Positions 43,049 through 51,922 of a stretch of DNA of 61,307 bases are shown here, piece by piece. The notes beneath the pieces are model-generated. The model ran no database searches. It had not been told where the DNA came from and was given only the letters and a program-made list of their open reading frames with translations. The position numbers and the translations under genes are program-made. Origin of the DNA: a virus; the IMG/VR virus record IMGVR_UViG_3300033475_000023, positions 1 through 61,307 of that record; one strand, given 5' to 3'. Each line of letters starts with the position of its first letter. Within the stretch, counting starts at the first letter, position 1.

Positions 43049-44272
43049 ATGCCAATTACAAAAGAAGAGTATGGTGAGATTTCAAAACAGTTAGGCGAAG
43101 AAGTTTCTACAAGGATGAAAACCGAAGTAGAAGCCGCTCAGAAGTCCATCACAGAGAAATTTGAGGAAGCCCAAAAGGGTTTAATCAACAACGAAACGTT
43201 TGAAGCGTTTAAAAAAGATGCGTTAGGCCCGGTTAACGAATTGCTGCAAAAACTTGACACAGCAGTTAAAGACCAAGGAACAAAGGTTAACAGCTTGCTT
43301 GAAAAAGCCAAACCAGGTAGTAAATCTTTTGAAGAATTTTTGGTTGAAAAAGCACCAGAAATTAAAGAGCTTTACAGTAAAGGCGGTTATATGGAATTTA
43401 CTGGTAAACAGTTGAAAGATGCGGGCATCACTTCAATTGCCGGTGCAATACCAACACCATCACCTTACGCGCCGGGTATAGGCGGCCCTGACCTGCAAAT
43501 ATTTGATTTGCCACTTAACCCAAATTACATTACCAATAAAGTGAATTTAGGTTCAACAAATCAAAGTATCCTTGCATGGGCTAATGAACTGCCAATGTTG
43601 GGTCAGCCTGATTTGGTAACTGAAGGTAACTTAAAACCACTTGTTGAATTTCAATTCGATGTGGAATTATCTAAAGCCAAAAAAGCAGCCGCTTATCTTC
43701 ATTTAACAGAAGAATTTGACCAAGATTTACCAAACTTCTCAACACGCGTACGTCGTATGTTACAAGACCGCGTTATACGCCGTTGGGATGACCTTGTTCA
43801 ACAGGATGTTATTGCAGCCGCGCGCCCTTATAACATTACACAGTTGAACGGCTTAATTCAGGATGCAAACTTCTGGGATGCGTTGTTGGCTGAAATGGGC
43901 CAAGTTGGTTATTACAATTTTACGCCAAACACAGTTGCAATAAACTGGTTGACAAATGTTCTGCTTAAAACAGAAAAAGACACCGAAAACCGTTACTTAT
44001 TGCCACCATTTGTACAGGATATAGCTGACCTTATCAACTATGCTAACAAGGTAGCTGTAGGTTATGGATTAGTAGGCGATTTACAACAATACAACGTGGA
44101 TATCTACAAAGATTTCGTGTTGAAAGTAGGTTGGATTAATGATGACTTAATCCGTAATGAATTTGTGATATTAGGAGAAATTCGTTATCACTCATACATT
44201 AGCGAAAACCGCAAAAACGCAATATGCTATGATAGCCTTAACACTATAGACGGTTTAATTAACGCAGCCTAA
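43049..44272 (+). CDS. Major capsid protein (HK97 fold with an N-terminal delta-like coiled coil)
   Basis: 407 aa; follows the protease; N-terminal helical 'EEYGEISKQLGEEVSTRMKTEVEAAQKS'. Confidence 0.7.
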   Translation: MPITKEEYGEISKQLGEEVSTRMKTEVEAAQKSITEKFEEAQKGLINNETFEAFKKDALGPVNELLQKLDTAVKDQGTKVNSLLEKAKPGSKSFEEFLVEKAPEIKELYSKGGYMEFTGKQLKDAGITSIAGAIPTPSPYAPGIGGPDLQIFDLPLNPNYITNKVNLGSTNQSILAWANELPMLGQPDLVTEGNLKPLVEFQFDVELSKAKKAAAYLHLTEEFDQDLPNFSTRVRRMLQDRVIRRWDDLVQQDVIAAARPYNITQLNGLIQDANFWDALLAEMGQVGYYNFTPNTVAINWLTNVLLKTEKDTENRYLLPPFVQDIADLINYANKVAVGYGLVGDLQQYNVDIYKDFVLKVGWINDDLIRNEFVILGEIRYHSYISENRKNAICYDSLNTIDGLINAA

Positions 44273-44301
44273 ATTAAGTTTAACCATTAAATTTTAAAAT
44301 C

Positions 44302-44538
44302 ATGTATTTAAAAATTAAAAAACCGTTTGGTAAACTTAAAGCAGGTGTACCACACGAAACGCTTACTGATGAACAGGGTGAATTGCTTAAGGAGAAAGGT
44401 TACGCTGAAGAAATTTCAGCAAAGGAATTTAAAGACCTGAACGGTACTAAAGCAAGCAAGCTTAAACCCGTACCGGCAAGCACAACAACAACAAAAGCAG
44501 CAGGAAAGCCAGTAGCTAAAACAAGCGAAGAAGAATAA
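44302..44538 (+). CDS. Small head-associated protein
   Basis: ORF track; position after the capsid gene. Confidence 0.45.
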   Translation: MYLKIKKPFGKLKAGVPHETLTDEQGELLKEKGYAEEISAKEFKDLNGTKASKLKPVPASTTTTKAAGKPVAKTSEEE

Positions 44539-44544
44539 ACGAAA

Positions 44545-45084
44545 ATGGCAAACATTGTACAGGTTGACGATTTTACAGGGTTAATAACAATAGCCCAAAT
44601 AAGCCAACAAGAGGTTAGAGATGCGGTAACTGAATTTATTGAAATTTATGAACCTGAATTTCTAACAATGGCTTTAGGTGTTGACCTGTACAACTTGCTA
44701 TTAGATGGTTTGGTTTTTAACGAAGATGGCACAATTAATGAAGACGAAACACCTGAAATATGGTTGAAATTAATCACACAATTAGGCACATCAATAGCTA
44801 ATTACATTTACTATAAATACCAACAAGAGAACAACACACAAACATCAGGTATAGGCGAAACAAAAGGCAATTTGGACAATGCAGTTTCAGCCACGCCAAT
44901 GATTAAAATGTGTCGCCGTTGGAATGAAATGGTTGAAATAGTACACTCTACAGTAACCTTTATAAACAACAACCAGGCAGATTATGAGGCATATTATATC
45001 GCAAATCTGTTTTGCTATGGTTATTTTAATTGGTACTGCAACAGGCCGGAAATATTTGATAAAATAAACAGCCTCGGATTATGA
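44545..45084 (+). CDS. Head-tail connector/adaptor candidate
   Basis: Position only. Confidence 0.4.
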   Translation: MANIVQVDDFTGLITIAQISQQEVRDAVTEFIEIYEPEFLTMALGVDLYNLLLDGLVFNEDGTINEDETPEIWLKLITQLGTSIANYIYYKYQQENNTQTSGIGETKGNLDNAVSATPMIKMCRRWNEMVEIVHSTVTFINNNQADYEAYYIANLFCYGYFNWYCNRPEIFDKINSLGL

Positions 45085-45644
45085 AACCAATTTATATAGT
45101 AGATGAAATTGGCGCTGTAGTTGCAAACGTAAGCACAGTTTTATTGCCAAAACTTCAGATAGTAGATCCAAAAATACAAGCCGTAAATTATTTATACGGG
45201 CATCCAAACGAAATAATAGCAACGTTAACAGCGAGAGATAAAAGCCCGCAATTACGTTTCAAAAAATACCCTTTGGTTGCATTGTTTCAAGATTTCCCTG
45301 AAGTAAAAGGTAAGGTAGTAGGTGAAGATAACACGGTAACGTTACACTTACTTATTGCAAGCGCAACACTACCAACATATAAAGCAGACGAACGTTATGC
45401 AAGAAACTTTAAACCTATTCTTTACCCAATTTATAACGAACTGTTAAGGCAGTTAGATTTTAACGGTAACTTTTTTACAAAAAGCCCGGAACAAATAGAA
45501 CATACCAAAATAGACCGTTTATATTGGGGAAATAAAGGAATAGAGTTTACATCAGGTAAAGAAACCAAAAACATTTTCGTTGATTGGATAGACTGCATAG
45601 AATTATTAAATCTTACATTACCCACTTATACAAAAATTTGTTAA
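45081..45644 (+). CDS. Head-tail joining / tail terminator candidate
   Basis: Position only; ATGA overlap. Confidence 0.4.
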   Translation: MKPIYIVDEIGAVVANVSTVLLPKLQIVDPKIQAVNYLYGHPNEIIATLTARDKSPQLRFKKYPLVALFQDFPEVKGKVVGEDNTVTLHLLIASATLPTYKADERYARNFKPILYPIYNELLRQLDFNGNFFTKSPEQIEHTKIDRLYWGNKGIEFTSGKETKNIFVDWIDCIELLNLTLPTYTKIC

Positions 45645-45645
45645 G

Positions 45646-46602
45646 ATGAACATTATTAATCAACTTGCTAATTGCAATACACCAGGTGGAAACACCGGGT
45701 ACGGCTCTTGCTTTAATAACATAACCTTTATTAAGGGTGCGTTATTTGTTCCGGCAGGGGTTGACTATTCGGCGACAGACCTTGCCACTTTAAAGGCTGC
45801 ATTAGAAGCCGGTATATTGCAAGACGACCCATTACAGAGGATTTATCCCGTAGGTGGGTTTAAGGCCGTTACAGATAACACATCAAAAGCGGCTGAACAA
45901 ACGTTTGCAGATGGTAGCATCAGCATAGTACGCCCACCGTTTTATGATTGGAGTTTCCAATTTACAGACGGCGGGTTGTGCTTATCAGTAGCACTACAGC
46001 GCGCCAATGGTTTAAACCGTTGGGTTATGTTTTATGACGACCAGGGCCGTTTATATGGACGGAACGGAGTAGCAGCGGATACAATACGCGGCGTAGACCC
46101 GAACTTGGGATATACACCGCCATTTACCTTAAACGATGGCTCTAAGGTAACAGTTTATGAAACACGTATAAACTTTAGTGCAGATCAATTAAACGTAAAC
46201 GCAGCGGTTATTGACTTTGGTGCAGCAGGCGTTGGATTATCATACCTAACAGGCTTAACAGGCTTGCAGGATGTAACACTTTACCAGGCAGCGGCAAGGG
46301 CATCAGGCGTTGTTAAAATAGGTGCTAAAACATCATGTGGAACAGTAGATTTGCATATAGAATTTGCAACTGCATTGGCAGATACAGGAGCATGGCAAGC
46401 GCGTAACACAGCAACTAAAAAACCTATTGCAATATCATCTGTAGCTGACGACCCAACAGATTTAGGATGGACAATTACACTTACTACAGCGGATGCAAAT
46501 TATTCAGCAGCAGCAGGCGGTGTAGAAATATCATTAGCCGGACCTACTGAATTGGATGGTTTAGACGTAACAGGTTATGAAAGTAATTGGATTGCTCAGT
46601 AA
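45646..46602 (+). CDS. Major tail (tube) protein candidate
   Basis: 318 aa; position upstream of the chaperone-like pair and the tape measure. Confidence 0.45.
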   Translation: MNIINQLANCNTPGGNTGYGSCFNNITFIKGALFVPAGVDYSATDLATLKAALEAGILQDDPLQRIYPVGGFKAVTDNTSKAAEQTFADGSISIVRPPFYDWSFQFTDGGLCLSVALQRANGLNRWVMFYDDQGRLYGRNGVAADTIRGVDPNLGYTPPFTLNDGSKVTVYETRINFSADQLNVNAAVIDFGAAGVGLSYLTGLTGLQDVTLYQAAARASGVVKIGAKTSCGTVDLHIEFATALADTGAWQARNTATKKPIAISSVADDPTDLGWTITLTTADANYSAAAGGVEISLAGPTELDGLDVTGYESNWIAQ

Positions 46603-46620
46603 CCATTAATCATTATTAAA

Positions 46621-46794
46621 ATGGCAAAGTATGGAAAAATAGGCTTTAATGCTGAAGCAGCAAAAAGCCAGTCAAAAGAAGATTGGATTAAAGACAACAA
46701 TCATTTAAAAGATGATGTTGACCTAAGCGCCAAATACGATGAACTTGTAGGTGAAAAGAAAGATGATAAACCTGCAAAGAAAAAAGCAGAATAA
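46621..46794 (+). CDS. Small Lys-rich protein (57 aa)
   Basis: 'MAKYGKIGFNAEAAKSQSKEDW...'. Confidence 0.35.
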   Translation: MAKYGKIGFNAEAAKSQSKEDWIKDNNHLKDDVDLSAKYDELVGEKKDDKPAKKKAE

Positions 46795-46830
46795 AAAAAA
46801 GCCCGGAATTAAAAACAACCGGGCTTTTTA
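46793..46830. terminator. Bidirectional terminator
   Basis: A8, then gcccgg...ccgggc, then T5. Confidence 0.7.
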
Positions 46831-46832
46831 AT

Positions 46833-47297
46833 TTAAAAAGAAATGCTATCAATATTTTTCATAAGATCGCATGCCTCTTCTAAACTCATACCTTCATCCA
46901 TTAATTCAGGCACTTTTTGAATTTCCTTAATTCTTTGTGGAAGAGTGGTATTTGTTTGTATAAAACAATGTTTACCCTCATTACGACGGAAGAAATTCAA
47001 ACCATCATTTAGGCGTGTATTGAATTTACAAGGTTGTTCACCACAATTGCAACGTTCTATTTCGTCAAAAGCCAGTAGTAACGCGGCGTCAATAAGGAAG
47101 CCAGTAGTAACGCCAACTTTAGTACCAATTTCTGTTTCTTCAATACAATTTTTATCGCTGTATGAAAGCTTAGATAAAGCGACAAGGAAAGCCTTTGCAA
47201 CACCTTTAGTAAAGCCAAAAGCATCATCGCGTGTGTAGCAGATTAGGTCAGGCGAACCTACGCCAATACCTTCATTAAATAATTTGTTTACGTCCAT
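46833..47297 (-). CDS. Opposite-strand moron, 154 aa, unknown function (start at Met 49 of the track ORF)
   Basis: 'MDVNKLFNEGIGVGSPDLICYTRDD...'. It has its own copy of the promoter module on the minus strand. Confidence 0.6.
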   Translation of the reverse strand: MDVNKLFNEGIGVGSPDLICYTRDDAFGFTKGVAKAFLVALSKLSYSDKNCIEETEIGTKVGVTTGFLIDAALLLAFDEIERCNCGEQPCKFNTRLNDGLNFFRRNEGKHCFIQTNTTLPQRIKEIQKVPELMDEGMSLEEACDLMKNIDSISF

Positions 47298-47323
47298 TTT
47301 TAAAAGTTTTATTTTGTTCAGTA

Positions 47324-47346
47324 CAAATATAAAATAAATTTTATAA
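47324..47346 (-). promoter_or_regulatory. Minus-strand copy of the promoter module ('ttataaaatttattttaTATATTTG')
   Basis: The reverse complement of 47324-47346 matches the repeated + strand module; about 25 nt upstream of ATG 47297. Confidence 0.5.
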
Positions 47347-47382
47347 ATAACATAAAACAAATTTAAAGTAATTTTATACCAA

Positions 47383-47832
47383 ATGAGCACTATAAGAAAC
47401 ATGGTTAACAGATGGCAAAACGTTGATATAGTTAATATCATTCCTGAAATAATACAATCACAAGCCGATATATTGATAGTTAAAGAAAAATATAGACTTT
47501 ATAATCAATCGTTATTAGCAACCGGAGAAAAACTTGCATTGTATCAAGACATTAAATATGCCATTAAAAAAGAGCAGTTAAACCCAACGCCAGGGTTCTT
47601 GCATCCAGATTTATTTTTAACTGGTGATTTCTATAAAGGTTTTACAGTGCAGGTAAAAGCAAAACAAATATATTTTACTTCTACAGACATAAAAACAGAT
47701 GAATTAGTTTTGAATTACACTCAATATATATTTGGTTTAACGGAAAAACAAAAAACAGAATACGCACTAAATGAATTTTATGAAGCGCTCAAAACTTATA
47801 TCACAACCCAAACAGGAATTTCATTTAGATAA
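47383..47832 (+). CDS. Tail assembly chaperone candidate (G-like)
   Basis: Position between the tube and tape measure genes. Confidence 0.4.
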   Translation: MSTIRNMVNRWQNVDIVNIIPEIIQSQADILIVKEKYRLYNQSLLATGEKLALYQDIKYAIKKEQLNPTPGFLHPDLFLTGDFYKGFTVQVKAKQIYFTSTDIKTDELVLNYTQYIFGLTEKQKTEYALNEFYEALKTYITTQTGISFR

Positions 47833-48424
47833 AGCATACGAAAGTCTGTTTGAACTACCTTTATACAATTGGGTTAAAAGAATTTTAGAAGATGATAATA
47901 AGTGGTTAGTCATTTCAGGCAATCCAAGCGGATTAGAGGAACTTTGGGAACAATTGAAAGGGCAATACCAAGATATGATAGAAAGTGCGGATACGAGCCA
48001 GATTATAGACCTGACAAGGGATATTTCAATGTTGCGGGTAAGGCTTAAGATAATTGAAAGTGTAGTAGCACATTTAAAAATAAGACGCAGTGAAAAGTTA
48101 ATAGAAATATTAAGGAACGATTTAGGTTTTTTTAAGCTTAAATACGATGACTTAGAAAAAGATTTAGAGCGCACACTTAACCGGGCCAAAGCTGATATAG
48201 TTGAATTAAAAAGGAAAATAACCGAGCGTGACGTACTTTATAAAGTTGATGAACACGAAAAGGAATGGACAGAGTACGATTATATAAAGCAATTAAGTGA
48301 ATTAAGCAAGTTCCAAGGCGGCGGGGTGATACATATTAAGCAAATAAATGTCGCCGAATACGTAGCTTTGTTAAATAGGTTCAAAGCTTATTGTAAAGAA
48401 ACAGAACAAGCATACAGAAAATGA
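47771..48424 (+). CDS. Second chaperone-position ORF, overlapping the first by 62 nt in the +1 frame
   Basis: Position; coiled-coil-rich. Confidence 0.4.
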   Translation: MNFMKRSKLISQPKQEFHLDKAYESLFELPLYNWVKRILEDDNKWLVISGNPSGLEELWEQLKGQYQDMIESADTSQIIDLTRDISMLRVRLKIIESVVAHLKIRRSEKLIEILRNDLGFFKLKYDDLEKDLERTLNRAKADIVELKRKITERDVLYKVDEHEKEWTEYDYIKQLSELSKFQGGGVIHIKQINVAEYVALLNRFKAYCKETEQAYRK

Positions 48425-48621
48425 ATTTAACAAGATTATTAATTAGGTTCATTCCAATTAGCAAAGAGAGGCTTTTGAAGTCTGGATTTGATAAAATACA
48501 TGAAGAAGTCTACGTTATGGCAGATTTAGTAATAGAATGCCGTAATAAGCGATTTTATATCGATAATAAGCGAGTTAAAAATATGTTACAGGTAGCAAAT
48601 TACGTTTATGGCAGGGAATAG
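48421..48621 (+). CDS. Hypothetical protein
   Basis: ORF track. Confidence 0.4.
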   Translation: MNLTRLLIRFIPISKERLLKSGFDKIHEEVYVMADLVIECRNKRFYIDNKRVKNMLQVANYVYGRE

Positions 48622-51600
48622 CGAATTAATTGACAATATAATTGACCCGAAAGCGGTCAAGCAGGTTAAAGATTTAACTAAACAACTTGAAGACTTAGAA
48701 GCGCAATTTGTTGAAACAACAAAGCAGGCTATTGCATTAAACAACGCTACTGCAAAAGCCAACACGTTTAAAAAAATTCAGACAGATGCGAATAACGCGG
48801 CCATAGCCCTTGAAAAACTACAGCAGCAACAAAATAAAACAGCCATTACCCAGGCGCAACTAAACAAGGCAAAGCAAGCAGAAGAAGCCCAAACAATACG
48901 CACAACACAAGCGCAGGAAAGGTATAATCAACAACAGCAAAAAGCGGCTGATGCGGCTAAAAAAGCATTAAGCCCATATCAGCAGTTAAGTAAGGAACTT
49001 GATCGTTTACGTGCATCTGCTAAAGACATAGCTATCCAATTTGGAACTAATTCAGAAGAGTTTAAAAAAGCATCTAAAAATGTTCAGGATTTAGACGGCA
49101 AATTAAAAGGGATAGACAAAACATTAGGTCAATCACAAAGAAATGTAGGTAATTACGCGAGTGCATTTAGGGGGATATTGTCACAATACCTACCATTCGG
49201 TGAGGGAACATTAAAAATATCAGAAAACTTAAAAACACTTGGTGGGGATATTGAAAAAGATGAAGAAAGTTTAGGGGGATTAGGAGCCGGATTTGCAGAA
49301 TTTACAACAGCTACATTCGTTGTAGCAATAGCTTCGGCAACATATTATTTATCACAATTTAAATCGACAGCAGACAAAGTAAGTGAAATAAAAGGGGGTT
49401 TAAAAAACCTATTCGCGGCGTTGGGTGAAGAGGTTATAAGCGGCGGTGGCCCAAACACAGCAAATAAAGAGGCAAACGCGTTTTCTGTAGGTAAGGCAAC
49501 AACTAAAGCAACTATTGAACTGCAAGATAAACAGCAGGTAGAAGAAATACACAACGCAAGCTTAGAGGCACAAACGCAATATTATAGGGCATTATCAGAT
49601 GATAGGACAAGGGACATATCTGACAGGGTTAAATATTTAAAGAAAGCGCAGGAAATAGAAAAAGAAATTCTTGAAAGCCAAAAGAAAACAGCAGAGGAAA
49701 CTATAGCAACTGCATTAAAGGTAGGTTTTTTAAATTCATCACTTAGTGATAAAGAAATTTCAAGACAAAAAGGGTTGTTGGCGTATGCTGCATCGCAGGG
49801 TAACTTTAAGGTAGCACAAGATTTAGCCAAAGATGGCACAAAATTTACAGAAGCCGGGTTGGATTTGTATCAACAGGGAGTAAAACAAATTGTACAATAC
49901 CAGGCGAATGCTCAAAACCAAATAGTTCAAATAAATGCCGATAAGAATAATAAAGAATTAAGGTCGGATTTAGCTTATGCAGCAGCCCAAAATGAATTAA
50001 GAAAAGCACAGTTAGAAAGCGAAAAGCTAAATGCGAAACTTATTTTAGAAGATGTTTATTCAAGTAACACCCAAAAGTTAGCCGCAAACAATGATTATGT
50101 AAACAAATCTATTGAGTTAATAAAATTACAGGAGCAGGAACAGCTTGATGCAGCGGGATTAGGTTCTACACGCGGCGGTAGAGACACCAGAACACAGGCC
50201 ACACAAAGGCAGGCTATTACACAGGCGGCACAAAATCAAATCACACAGATTGTAGCTGATAGTCAAAAAACACGTCAAGGTATTGTTAAGGCTGAAATAG
50301 ACGCTGAACTTGCTTATGATAAATCAAGAATTGCAGGCATACAAGCCACTGATGAAGCTATTATAAGCAATTCAAATGAAACGTATCAAAGAAGATTGTC
50401 AGCTAATAGAGATTTTATAGAACAATCTATAAGGCTTGCTAAAGACCAATATAACGCGACGATAAAATCATTAAACCTACCAGGCAATGCAAAGAACGAT
50501 GATGCAACCCAACGGACACAACGCGCAACAGCATTAAGTGACTATAATAATCAAATAGCTGATATAGAAAGCAAAGGCGCTAAAGAACGGCAAAGTATTT
50601 TAACAGATTATTACAATAGCGTTCAAAAGCAATTGGATGATATTTTGAAACTAAACAAAGATGCAGCGGATAACACCGTAACTGTATTAGACGACCAAAA
50701 TAATGCCGAACTTCAAAAACTACAACAATCTCAGGCAAATAAAATAAGGGCAAAAACAGATGAATATATAAAAGGGAAAATAACACAACAAGATTACAAC
50801 CGTGATTTATTAACCATTGATGATCAATATAACATCAAAAGGCTTGAGCAAGAAGTAAAAACAGATCAGGCCATATTAGCAGTTAGAAAAAGCGCGTTAC
50901 AAGCCACTATAAATGAAATTAACAGGCAAAATCCAATAACTGTAGCAAGCGTTTTAGGCAACCCGTTTTCTATACTTGATAATATATCAAAAATAGCCGA
51001 GGCAAAGAAAAATTCAGGCGTATCGCAAGCATCAAATAAATTGTCTACCGATCAATTGGCGTTGGGTAATGCAGTAAGCAAATCAAACATAGATGACGCA
51101 CAAACAGCAAGGGATAAAGCTATTGAACATGCCAATGAAGTTGCGCAGGCAGTAGGGGATATCCAGATCTTGCAAAACGATGCTTCAAAAATATTACAAG
51201 CTAATTATCAAAATGAAATAGACTTACTTGAGCAGAAAAAACAGGTTATACAGCAAAACGCACAGCTTGAAATAGATGCAGTAAATGGTTCTATAGCAAG
51301 CGAAAAAACGAAACAGCAAGAAATTAATTTAATAAATGCTAAAGCGGCTATAGAGCAACAAAAAGTAACAGACCAACAAAATAGATTAAAAACAAGGCAG
51401 GCTGAATATGAAAAAGCCTTAAATATAGCAACCATAGTACAAAATACAGCCGTGGCTATTACTAAAACACTTGCAGAGGGGGGATTTATACTCGGAGTGC
51501 CATTAGTGCCGGTTATTGCCGCTTTGGGCGCGGCTGAACTGGCTATTGCTATAGCTACACCATTACCAAAATATGAACACGGTACAACCAATGCAAAAGG

Positions 51601-51922
51601 CGGCCCGGCAATAGTTTCAGAAAAGGGTAGAGAGGCCGTTATAACACCACGAGGCGAGTTCTTTTTAACACCTGAAAAGGAAAGTATAATAGATATTCCA
51701 AAGGGTTCAGAAGTTATCCCAACAAACAAATTAATGAAAATGATAACATCACCTCAAAAACTAAACTTTGTTGGTGGACAAGTTACAGATATGGCATCGG
51801 TTGAAAAATTATTGCTTGATATAAAGCGAAATACAAAACCACAAAAAGGAAACAATAAAATGTATTTTAAAATGCCGGGTTCTACGGAATGGGTTGCTTT
51901 TGAAAGGGGGAAAAGAAGATAA
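48608..51922 (+). CDS. Tape measure protein
   Basis: 1104 aa; Q/A/K-rich coiled coil; hydrophobic segment 'GFILGVPLVPVIAALGAAELAIAIA' near the C-terminus. Confidence 0.85.
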   Translation: MAGNSELIDNIIDPKAVKQVKDLTKQLEDLEAQFVETTKQAIALNNATAKANTFKKIQTDANNAAIALEKLQQQQNKTAITQAQLNKAKQAEEAQTIRTTQAQERYNQQQQKAADAAKKALSPYQQLSKELDRLRASAKDIAIQFGTNSEEFKKASKNVQDLDGKLKGIDKTLGQSQRNVGNYASAFRGILSQYLPFGEGTLKISENLKTLGGDIEKDEESLGGLGAGFAEFTTATFVVAIASATYYLSQFKSTADKVSEIKGGLKNLFAALGEEVISGGGPNTANKEANAFSVGKATTKATIELQDKQQVEEIHNASLEAQTQYYRALSDDRTRDISDRVKYLKKAQEIEKEILESQKKTAEETIATALKVGFLNSSLSDKEISRQKGLLAYAASQGNFKVAQDLAKDGTKFTEAGLDLYQQGVKQIVQYQANAQNQIVQINADKNNKELRSDLAYAAAQNELRKAQLESEKLNAKLILEDVYSSNTQKLAANNDYVNKSIELIKLQEQEQLDAAGLGSTRGGRDTRTQATQRQAITQAAQNQITQIVADSQKTRQGIVKAEIDAELAYDKSRIAGIQATDEAIISNSNETYQRRLSANRDFIEQSIRLAKDQYNATIKSLNLPGNAKNDDATQRTQRATALSDYNNQIADIESKGAKERQSILTDYYNSVQKQLDDILKLNKDAADNTVTVLDDQNNAELQKLQQSQANKIRAKTDEYIKGKITQQDYNRDLLTIDDQYNIKRLEQEVKTDQAILAVRKSALQATINEINRQNPITVASVLGNPFSILDNISKIAEAKKNSGVSQASNKLSTDQLALGNAVSKSNIDDAQTARDKAIEHANEVAQAVGDIQILQNDASKILQANYQNEIDLLEQKKQVIQQNAQLEIDAVNGSIASEKTKQQEINLINAKAAIEQQKVTDQQNRLKTRQAEYEKALNIATIVQNTAVAITKTLAEGGFILGVPLVPVIAALGAAELAIAIATPLPKYEHGTTNAKGGPAIVSEKGREAVITPRGEFFLTPEKESIIDIPKGSEVIPTNKLMKMITSPQKLNFVGGQVTDMASVEKLLLDIKRNTKPQKGNNKMYFKMPGSTEWVAFERGKRR

